Origin: Azolla caroliniana
Taxonomy: Eukaryota > Plantae > Polypodiophyta
Length of the DNA stretch: 64,000 bases
NCBI GenBank assembly: GCA_043228905.1
Contig: JBHGNT010000004.1
Location: forward strand, 3,906,001 to 3,970,000
Reading direction: 5' to 3'
In this document: positions 14,649 through 25,026 of the stretch, piece after piece
How the letters are laid out: each line of letters starts with the position of its first letter
How positions within the stretch are numbered: the first letter of the stretch is position 1
Notes under the pieces: model-generated
Database searches by the model: none
What the model saw: the letters and a program-made list of their open reading frames with translations, nothing else
What the model was told of the DNA's origin: nothing
Made by a program: the position numbers and the translations under genes

Positions 14649-15164
14649 CATATTCCTAATTCATTTAATATCTTCAAAATCACGGAATCATTAACTGCTT
14701 TGGTAGATAACTGGATTTTTTGCCAAAATACTTGAAAATATGAAATTTGTCAAAATGGTGTGCAACTGTGCTAGTGTGAGTGACAAAAAGAAATTGTCGT
14801 TACAACATCGTAAGTAGTGAAAACATCAGAATAATCTTTTGTAAAAGAGGTCACATGGATGTAAGTATAGAGCAGAATACATAAAAGAACACTTAATAAA
14901 TGAAAATGTCAAGGAAATTTTTTAGCTTTACATAGAAATCAAACAATTAATTAGACAAAAATTTAAGTAGTGAATTCTCAATTATATGTAGAAATCGCAG
15001 ACTATAATATAATAAAGGTGGATGCAGATGCACGATAGTCTTATTCTTCAACCCAATACTCACCACCTTTTTTTACATGACTCTAGGTGAATGCAGAATG
15101 CATGAGGCACATATGCTTTGCCTCCCACCTCTACCTAGATGTAAAATGTCATGCGGCATCCAGG

Positions 15165-15590
15165 CCTTCTTTTCACCATTGTTTGTCTAAACCCTAATCG
15201 CAAATTATGGTTCACCTCACAAGCCATACACATCTTGGAATTAATCATATTACACAGGTATCTTTCTTTAGGTAAAGTTTGAATCACCATCTCCCATGTC
15301 TTCATGTGCTGATGCTGTTGGTCTTTTTCTTCCTACCATAAAAATTGAGGCTTTATCCATGCATTCTTTTCACCATTCTTGGTCTAAAACCCTAACAGCA
15401 AATTATGGTTCACACACCCCCTCGCAAGCTTTAAACATCTTGGAATTAATCACATTGCACAGGAAACATTCTTTAGGTAAAGTTTGGTTCGGCACATAGA
15501 ACTATCACCATCTCTTTTTAGTCTTTTCATGTGCTTCTGATGCTGTAGGTTTTTTCCTTCCTACCTTAAAAGTTGAGGCTTTCTCTACAC
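15165..15590. repeat. Diverged tandem duplication, about 200-220-bp unit x2, each with a telo-box
   Basis: ttttcaccatt...ctaaaccctaa..gcaaattatggttcac...catcttggaattaatca...ctttaggtaaagtttg...tgatgctgt..cctacc...aaa.ttgaggcttt is repeated. Confidence 0.85.
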
Positions 15591-16317
15591 AACATTGTTG
15601 TGCTCAGCTCTGCTAAAACACACTTCAAAATTGCTGTAAAAGCTGAAGCATGGCCTAAGGCAATGCCAGGTTAACAGATTCACCTTTTGCAACTAAGCAT
15701 ATATCCAAACACCTTTCATTCACTGGGGTGAAGCCATCCAACACAATCAGCATAGCTCAGATACCTAAAAATTCATAAATAAATATAGCAATACGAATTC
15801 CAGGACCAACTAAAGACAGCTCTTCTTTACTGTTGCATAACTTCCAACTCTTTTTTGTGTACATACATCTCTTTACTGGATGTAAACGTTTTGCTAAATC
15901 GTATGTGTTGCCATTTCAATCTTTATCTTCAAGTTCTTTGCAGATACAACACACAAGTGGATAATTTTGTTTTGGGAAAATAATAAATTTAAAATTGGAG
16001 CCCCACTATGTTACAAAGTTGGAAGAGAACTTCCTAGGGACCAAATGAAGTAGTAATGTATACATATAGCTTATAATTACAATATTTATACGCATTACCA
16101 GTTAGGATCCATGGAGGGATTCAGATTTCCTGAGGGATAGATTTTTACTTGCTGATTCGATTAATTATATAGATATAATGTCACGAATCGATAGCTTAAG
16201 AGTATGATTTTTTAAGAGATGAGCACCCCCATCTCTTGAGAATCAGTATACGAACCTCCCAAGGTTATATTTCTCCTTCATTAACTCCGTAGCATCAGTA
16301 TCTACACCTTAACTCTG

Positions 16318-19304
16318 TTATTCTTTGTCACAACCAAAGACTCGTTTCCTAAATAAGTCCTCCACTTTTTGTAGAGTAATAGGCTTCCTACCACCTCGAG
16401 GTCGAGAACAGAACTTCTGATCTGCCTCCAAAAAGTCACCCTAATAACAGAGCAAAAGATTTATAGTATAAATTTCTTTTCAAAAGACACAATTGAAAAC
16501 CACATAATATTATCAATGAAATGTCTTTTGTAGTTACCTCACTGTAACAGTGTTTACAAGACTTTTCATGGTTATCTCTGGTATGCCTATAGCCAAATGC
16601 TTCACAACAATCTTCAACAGTACATCGGTAATCTTTTTTACCCATATGACAAACTCGGATGTGCACTGCCAGATTTGAGCTCTGATTGGAAACAGATTGA
16701 GAACACATTGTTTTAGAGAGATCAATAGTTTGTAATTATGATTATAATGACAGAATAAGAACCTTACATTTGCATAGCTGCGAGTACATCCATCGTAAGG
16801 GCAAAATAGTCTTGGCTTAGTTTCATTGTCATCATGTGACATGAGATGCCGTTTATAACTCTTTCTCGACACAGAAGAGCCACAAATGTTACAGCCAAGA
16901 TTAGCATGGGAAGTCCGGGTATGTTCATAAAGAGCCTCTGCATTGGGAAATTTCATTCCACATCCTTCAATACAACAAAAGATATCTGCATATTGATAGC
17001 CTGGTTCCAAAACATAAAACACTTAGGTAAGTCATGATGCTAAAACAATTTGAGCATTGATATAAAGTACAGTATCTCAGCAAAGGTATAGAAATACAAT
17101 TAGTAACAACTGATCTTACCATGCTTTAACTCAAAGTGGTATTGTAGTCTGCAGGGGTAGTCAAAGGTCTTATCACAACCTTGTTCAGGGCATTTCAAGG
17201 AATTCATTTGTTTCTGCAGGACACTGCGCTGAAGATGATCACCTTTCAAGTCATGACTTCTGAGGTGTCTAAGCAAATTTGCCTTATTGGAGCATATCAT
17301 TATACATCCTGGTCTAGGGCAAAGGTGTCCAGATGATTTTTCGTGACAAAGAAGATGTCGATTGAGATGGTCCTGTCGCTTGTAAGACTTCCCACAGCCA
17401 TCTTTCGGACAATGGAAAGCCCTCTGCAAGCAAGAAAAAACATAGTTCCAACTATTTGTAAATAGTTCTCACTGTTGTTTTGTCCAGTGGGCCATAAAAC
17501 ATAGAAGCTTTCTCCATTGCAATTAGTTTCATCATCATCTGACCTTTTAATATGAATCCAAAACAAAGCCATGTGTGACCAGGACTTCCAGAGAGGTCAC
17601 CCTTCTCAGTACTAATCTGGTGCACCATATGTAACTGCTCAACATGCAAAAGCTTAATATATAGTATTCTAAAGTAATCTGTTTGATTGCAATTCTATAG
17701 CTCCCAAAGAATACCTCATCAGTGTGTGTAGCTAAATGTTGCCTCATATGAGATGCTTTCTTGGTTTCAAATCCACACTGATTACACTCGAGAAGTCCTT
17801 TATGATTTATTGCTCCTAGCTGTGGAGATGATGTTGGATGATTGCCCTCAAAGTTAGATTTACAGTGACGGTGTTCACATTCTTCCTCATTTGCTTGAGG
17901 CGGAGATGAAGAACACGATTCTCCCAGATGTTTAGATTTACATTCTTGCTGTTTGAAGAGAAACACAGATTGTAAATAAAGAATAGTAGAACAAGAAAAA
18001 TGGCATTCCTGCATTAGACCTTATCCCCTGAAGAAACAATATGCTGAAATGAGCCACGAAATACCTCATTTGAGTACATTGTATGCTGAATGTTTATTTT
18101 CTCAGCTTCTGATTGACAGAGTTTCTGTTTCTTATTCTCTTGCTGTGGAGATGATGTAGATTTCAACGAGCATTGAGATGCACATACAAACTGCAAGAAT
18201 AGGCCCGGAACATGGACTCGTGAGCAATCCAAAAGTAAAACCGGAAGAATACATGCACTTTCCCATGTCAAAACAAGGACAGTAACACAACAATCTACTG
18301 AGGGAATTTAAAAAAATACCTCATCTATGAGGTCTTTGTTAATGTGTGAAGCCTTCTGAGACTCAGACGCAGAGTGATTACACTGGATAAGGTCTTCCCA
18401 TTTCCTTGTTTCTTGATCCTGAGATGGCGATGTAGATTCTACCTCGCATGCAATCTGCTGAAAAAACTCGCTCTTTAAAATCAAATTCACACCATCAACA
18501 GACAGACATGCCAAAGATTGAACATTAAATAAAATCAAAAGCACAATCACGAAGAACTCATATTACCACGACATCTTCAGAAAGACTTACAATAAGGATC
18601 TTACTATTTCAATGTCTTTTGTATTACAGTCAAAATAAAGGTGGGGAAAGAGGCACAGGGGACAGTATCACATCCATAATTATAGCAAAAGATCCTGTTC
18701 AAACACACATTCTACATTGCAGTAAGAATATGACCGTGGAAACTGAATATTTGAGAGTCATTTCGAACCATAATAGAGAACGACATTCATAGCAAAACCA
18801 ATGCAGATATACCTATCAGGCAGACTGAGGATGAGATCAGTAAAACGTTAGAAAAGAAGTAAAGTATGCAATGGAAACGATCAGATTATCTTCAATTGGA
18901 GAAAACGAAGAAAGATGAAGCGTAGATTCATTATAAGAATCGAAAACGAATAAACCACGTATTCATTTACGATTTTAGAAAAGACCATAGAAAGCCGGCG
19001 CATTAGCTCATTCAAAATTTCAGGAAAAAAAACAGGAAATTCTGCTAATTTACTCGATTCATTCCTTCATTAATTCACCTGCGAGCTTTCGTGAGATTTC
19101 ATGTGGCTTCGCAGAGTAGAAAGCTTGGATCGGAAGCAACCACAAACTTGACACATGTATCGCCGCTTGTCTTTGCCAACGACGCAGAAGCGCGAGGAAT
19201 CCTGCGGATGGCGAAGCAGCATGTGGGACACAATGAGGGACCTCTTCGAGCGCGTCTCGCCGCATACATTGCAGAGGTATTGCCTTGTCTCGGACACAGA
19301 AGAA

Positions 19305-19345
<41 letters not shown>

Positions 19346-19399
19346 GGAAGAAGATGGTGATGATGATGATGATGGAGAGGACGAAGATGAAGAATCCAT
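16318..19399 (-). CDS. TFIIIA: Transcription factor IIIA (C2H2 zinc finger), 8 constitutive exons, about 539 aa
   Basis: Exons by eye, all GT-AG with the frame kept: 19399-19079, 18454-18320, 18190-18065, 17948-17715, 17423-17120, 17000-16768, 16681-16538, 16440-16318. Plant TFIIIA hallmarks: YLCNVCGETRSK, CGKSYKRQDHLNRHLLCH, SNLAVHIRVCH, FGYRHTRDNHEKS.KH, C-terminal GDFLEAD.KF.SRPRGGRK. Confidence 0.92.
17544..17634 (-). ncRNA. 5S rRNA-derived cassette exon / cis-regulatory RNA (P5SM-type) in a TFIIIA intron
   Basis: Minus strand 17621-17578 reads ACCAGATTAGTACTGAGAAGGGTGACCTCTCTGGAAGTCCTGGT, about 34/44 identical to the 3' half of plant 5S rRNA as I recall it. It is flanked by acceptor gcag|TTAC (17635/17634) and candidate donor AAAG|gtcaga (17544/17543), in the intron where P5SM is known. 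Confidence 0.85.
19297..19392 (-). repeat. Coding (TCT/TCA/TCC)n trinucleotide repeat encoding the N-terminal poly-Ser of TFIIIA
   Basis: gaagaagaa/gatgatgat runs on +; MDSSSS... about 30 Ser on -. Confidence 0.9.
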
Positions 19400-19460
19400 G
19401 GCGAGCTTCGCCTGTGGAACAGATCGAGGAGTGCAGAAAGAAGAAGGCTATGGAGGGAAG

Positions 19461-19885
19461 GCCTTAGGGTTTCTGCCAAATCTCTGTGGACACGTCGTGT
19501 TCACACTTGGGCCAACATCTGCTCTTTCTTGTTGGCCAAAATCGGACAACACATGGAAACCTCGAGACCCATGGAATTGTCGCCAGCAGCAGCCCCCATG
19601 CCATCTGTTCGATCGATCGATCGATCAATCTGTTCGTCGTGAAACCTATCTGTCTTGTCATCATCAAAACATCTCTCGGTTTCTCGTTCGGAACAGAGAA
19701 ATTTGGAAACTCTAAACCCTAAAACCTTTGTTTAGCCTCATGTGTGACTGCCATCTGTTCGATCGATCGATCCGTTCGTTGTGAAACCTATCTATTTGTC
19801 CTCGTCGAAACATCTCTCAATTTCTCGTTTGGAACGGAGAAATTTGGAAACTCTAAACCCCTAAAACCTTCTTTTTGCCTCATGT
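19461..19885 (-). promoter_or_regulatory. TFIIIA proximal promoter/leader with telo-boxes, a site II motif and an ~150-bp tandem duplication
   Basis: ttagggttt (~19464), tgggcc (~19508), taaaccctaa (~19713) and a variant at ~19854. Units ~19599-19745 and ~19749-19885 both start gccatctgttcgatcgatcga. Confidence 0.6.
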
Positions 19886-20329
19886 GTGCCTGCGCGTCCA
19901 AACGTGCCCCCCCCCCCCCCCCCCCCCCTTCAAGAGTCTGCCATGGTTCGTCAGTCGTGTTGATTTGTAAGATGGTACGCCATTTGGGATTTCTTCTTCA
20001 ATGAAGGCTCGTGTCACATTCCCTGAACTTGAGTCGGTCGTTCTGTTGTCGCGTGTTGCATGCCCGATATATGTACATTCGGAATTCACAAATTTGAATT
20101 CTGAGACGACTGACAACCATTAAGTACGCTAGGTTCCTCCCATGGATGATGGATTTTCCCACCATGTAATAAGGCGAAATGGTTTACATGAAACAAAAAA
20201 TATCCATCCCAATGTGACCACATTTTTTCAGTGAATCATCGTCCCAAGGGCGTCATGTTTAACGATGAACTACTATGTTTGTCTTTCAAATACATCTGGT
20301 TGTTTTACTAAAATACAATTATGTTTCGG

Positions 20330-21134
20330 TGTCGTGAAGCATTTGCTTCACGATAAAAAAATAAGCTTGAATATTGGATTGAGTGACATTTGAGAGACTT
20401 GAACCCATAACCTCGCACATCAAGTATGAAGTATATATAGCATTAGGATAAGTAGTTATGTTTTCATCATCATACTTATGCCATCCCTAATGATTTATTC
20501 TTGTTGACCTCAACCCACGGGGATCATTGAATCGACAGAGGTGAGACCTGTTTGGGGGGGTTCGTATATGGAACATTTGGAGATAACTCCAGGAGCGGAT
20601 CTATCTTCATAGATTAGAGCTTAGATAAGCATGATGGTTATCATGTATCACATGCATTACATGCATGCAAATCACCCTCATATCATCATATGCATGAGAG
20701 AACCTATAAAGAGAGGCAAGGAATCAAGGGATGAATCAAGGAAAAGAAGGATAAGAGAGATAGAAAATCAAATAATCAACCAAACAAGCTAGCCCATCTG
20801 GGAAGTTTATTATCTCTCAACACTTAAGTTGATGGTTCAAGCCGGAATTTGGTAGAGAAAAGTTTCATCTTGCAATCAAGCATTGTAAAGTTCGTAAAAT
20901 CTTTTATTCTTAATATAAATCATGTTCATAACTTCATATCGTATACTCTTTCATCTTAAATCATACATTGTCTCTTTCTCTTTATCTATGCTTGTCCCTC
21001 TCTCATACATTACTTTTAACTCTTCTTCTTCATATACTTAATCTTTCTAACATCGCCACAGAAGCCTTATTAAAATTTAGCCAACTCACCTTAGTCCCCG
21101 TGACCTCGCCGCACGAACCACAACTTCCCCGACA
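20330..21134 (+). mobile_element. Diverged TGTCGTGAA-family non-coding element, copy 3
   Basis: Starts TGTCGTGAAG and ends TTCCCCGACA. The internal catgcattacatgcatg..caccctca..catcatatgcat..ctataaag block matches 61850-61915, and a minus-strand B-box (ggttcaagtc) lies at ~20396-20405. The flanks tcgg/cctt do not form a clean TSD. Confidence 0.6.
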
Positions 21135-22449
21135 CCTTTGACTCTTAAGAAATTATAAAAGTCTATAAACATTACGTTTATAACCTATTTACAATGTTTC
21201 TATCACTCTCCACTTTTATCAGGTGTCTTGAGTGTATCTTTTGAGATAGGATGTCTCGTTGATACTTAACAAACTTTTGTCCCGTTGTCAACCAAATATC
21301 AATTGGGGCATTGATCATTAACATAGCCAACCTTATGGCATTGATCAATCAGCCATGGACATTAAAAATCTATCTATCTTATTCGTGTGAAGTCAGTGAT
21401 TAAAGGTAAGTGCTATTTAACCAAACCCTAAACACTCCACCCTGTGTGTGTATTGTGGCGAGTTTTGTAATAGAGGTTTAGTTAACACCATTGTGAGTAA
21501 TCTCTTTTAGTTATATTGGTCTCAAATACTTAAGCCTTTCAAAGGCATTAGTTAATTTATATGCTTAAAAGAGGTGAGTAAGAGCTCGATAGATTAGGAT
21601 AAGTGATGTTAGTGGTACAAGAGTGCTCAACAACCAGTCTCGCCCAACTCACCATCAAAAGGGTGTTTGGCATTCCAAAACCCTTGACATACAATAGAGA
21701 CAAAACTCTACGAACTTGTCGTAAATAGAGTATACAACATTCCAAAAACCTCAACATACAAAGATGTGTGGTCAATGAGTACACCTTGAGTTGACACACT
21801 CTCATGAATGAGCCTTATACATATATGCTACTTTAAGAATGATTGTTTCATGTTCAATGGAGGCTAATTCTATTCATTTCAAAAGAGACCGTGTTATAGG
21901 TTTTACATTTCTAACTTATATTAATGGAGAGTTACAGATATGATATGGACATTGATCAATCCTTTCATTGGGTCTTGCTCATGGAACTAGAGCTTTACCT
22001 TCTCCATTGTCTGTTGTTATGCTCTAGTAAACACGTGTTCCCATGGAGATATTGGCACTACAAAGAGTATAGAGATATATTATCAAAGTCGAGATATATA
22101 CCAAATCATGGATTACCACATATTACGTAGAATGTTGGTGTTAATTTGTCATAGAACCACAAGAGCAAATTCTCTCATATGGTTAGGTAGTTTACATGAA
22201 AAGAAAACTTGACAAGATGTGGCCTAAACGATCTCGTAGAGCTTTCAAGGGAGCTCATATGTGCATAGATTATTAATACATAGATATGCACTTTGTGTTT
22301 TGAAGTACACATGAATATCCGTTCTCACAAAAGAGACACACATCAAGAAACTTGTGTACTTAGGTCCCAGGGGTAAATATTGGCTTTTTCATGGGCACTA
22401 AAAAAAATCCAAATCAAGGTAGTATTTGACTACTATAGTTATTGGAGTC

Positions 22450-22740
22450 TGTTGAGAATCAAGCTCAACTTGGTCTAGTGTGTGAACTCACCTTGAGAGT
22501 GAAGAGACACTCAAACGGTCAAGAGTCACCATTATGTCACCACTTTGTATTCTAGCATTTAGTATGAGTCATAGAATCATATTCTATGACACATAACTTA
22601 TGAGCTTTCATATTCCCCATGCTCCATGAGGCTTGTAGTTAATGAAGAGAGAGGGTGACTACATAAAGCACCCTCCTCCCACCTTGTACAATGTTGAGTC
22701 TTTCTCCTTTGCTAATATACTTTTAACCTTGCGTATACTC

Positions 22741-22781
<41 letters not shown>

Positions 22782-22841
22782 CACACACACACAACTCACA
22801 TCTCTTCCACTTCACAAGAATCCATCTCTTGATTCTTTACA
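22450..22841 (+). repeat. 5' LTR of the copia element
   Basis: tgttgagaatc...gattctttaca, followed by the PBS. Confidence 0.95.
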
Positions 22842-25026
22842 TGGTATCAGAGTGATTTGGTAGCTCGATCTAGCCCATTCGCCTCATCGTGATCGTGTGT
22901 TGTGCTCCATGCCGACGACCAAGAACCGGCTCATCACTATTGTAGCTTCGCTACATAGCTCGCACTTGAAGAGAGAAGAAGAAGAAGAAGAAGAAGAATC
23001 GACATAATGAATACTCAAATGGGGAGCGCTCTCCCTACCGAGAAGTTGGATCGAAACAACTTCGCATCTTGGGAGTACAAGATGCACCAATACCTTGTCG
23101 GACAAGGCTATTAGAGCTACATCAAAGGAGCGCATGAAGACCGACCCGCCGAAGCGGCTCCCGGATACGCGACATGGGAGCAATCCGCAAGCCGCATGAT
23201 GTATTGTTTGGCGACATGTGTTCATGACCACATGCTCGATTACATTCGAGAAGCCAAGACGCCGAAGGAAGCATGGGAAAATCTACGAAAGATTTTCGCC
23301 GCCAACACGACTGTGAGGAAGCTTAAACTCCGCTAAGAGTTGAACAACATTCAACAAAGGGACATGTCCATCACGACATACACCTTGAAGATCAAGGAGC
23401 TTTGCGACTCGCTCGACTCAATAAGCATAAGTATAGATGATGATGAGATGGTGCAAATATGCCTCGGCGGCCTCGCACCACGGTTCGGCGCGATGTGAAC
23501 CGCCGTTCTAGCACGAGAGAAATCTCCCTTCTTCTTCGAGCTCCAATCAATGCTATTGGTCGAAGAAAACCACGTGCGTACAAGGAGCAATGAGTCGGAA
23601 GGCCACATGCTCTACACGCACTCTAATGGAGGAAGAGGACGCGGACGAGCGAGAGGCCGATTCAGCCAAGGACAAGGCGAACGAGGTCCGACCTACGACA
23701 ACAACTCCCAATTTCGGCCGCAAAACGGAGGCCAACAAGGAACCTTCGCAAGAAGGGGGGGCTTCCACTCCGGCCCGAGCCGTCTAAACGCAACCAAATG
23801 CGGATATTGCGGAAAGCTCGGCCACCACGAAGAAGAGTGCCGAAAGAAGATGCGTGAATCGGCTCCCACAAGCCGACAACTCACGAATTACGCACACAAC
23901 TCCGACTACGAAGATCGTGGCAGAATGTATGCGCACAACTCTGACCGTGGTGAAATGTACGGGCACAACTCCGACTACGAAGATCGTGGCGGAATGTATG
24001 GGCACAACTCCGACCGTGGCGGAATGTTCATGATGAAACATAGAGCAAACTCTATGTTGGCCGCTACCTCAACTAGTGCCCTCAATCCGGAGGACGTATG
24101 GTTTGTAGACTCCGGAGCCTCAAACCATATGACATCCCATAAAGAATGGTTTCTCGAACTTCGAGAGCCGTAGCGACCCGGTTATGTCGAAACCGGAGAT
24201 GACACTACGCACCCGATTCGGCACATCGGCAATGTCCCGTTCGGCGAAAGAGGTAAGCAAACATACATTAAAAATGTCTTGCATGTTCCCACCATCACGA
24301 AGAATTTGGTCTCGGTCGGCCAAATGGTTGAGTAAGGGATGCAAGTACGATTCGATCAAGAAGGGTGCATCATCGAAAAAGAAGGCCGAATCATCGCACG
24401 TGGAAGAAGAGAGGGCCAGATGTTCATTCTCGATTCGCACGAGATGAAATCCGCCATGTTCGCGAAAAGCACGAAAGCCGACTCCAACATAGAGCTATGG
24501 CATAAGCGAATCGGGCACATCAATCTCAACAAACTCAAAGCAATGAGATCGAAAGGAGTCGTTATCAGACTCTCGACATTCAAAGAGAAGGAGATTGAAG
24601 GTGTATGTGAAGCGTGCCAATTCGGCAAGCAACACCGACACCCATTCCCGAAGGAGCAGAATGTGAGCAAAGGCGTACTCGACGTAATTCATTCCAATGT
24701 ATGGGGTCCGGCCCAGACGTCGACATTCGGCGGATGCCGATATTACGTGCTCTTCATCGACGACTTTTCTAGGCACACTTGGATCTACCCGATGCGGCAA
24801 AAGAGCGAAGTGTTTGGACACTTCCAAAATTTCAAGAATGAAGTTGAGAAAGCCACGGGCCGACATGTACGATGCATTCGATCGGATGGCGGCAAGGAGT
24901 ACTTCTCGGACGATTTCACGACGTATCTCCGAAAGGAAGGAATTCGGTGAGAATTCACTTGCCGACACACTCCGCAACAAAACGGAGTAGCCAAGTGCAA
25001 AAATCGGCACATCCTCAAAGTAGCGT

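Noticed and set aside
17578-17621. A 5S rRNA gene or pseudogene
   Set aside because: Only the 3' arm is present, with no 5' half in order and no terminator. Its position in the TFIIIA intron indicates the exonised mimic.
19091-19715. Plus-strand poly-E/poly-R/poly-K ORFs
   Set aside because: Antisense or alternate frames of the TFIIIA poly-Ser repeat.
19906-19928. Long poly-C/poly-G tracts (also ~36559 and ~63638) as G-quadruplex regulators
   Set aside because: Simple homopolymers of unreliable length with no further evidence.
21170-22449. Decayed gypsy gag hosting the copia insertion (possibly continuing 28884-29340)
   Set aside because: Only faint motif echoes; cannot be supported by eye.
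23889-24030. CRISPR-like array
   Set aside because: Contiguous coding tandem repeats without unique spacers, in a eukaryotic retrotransposon.
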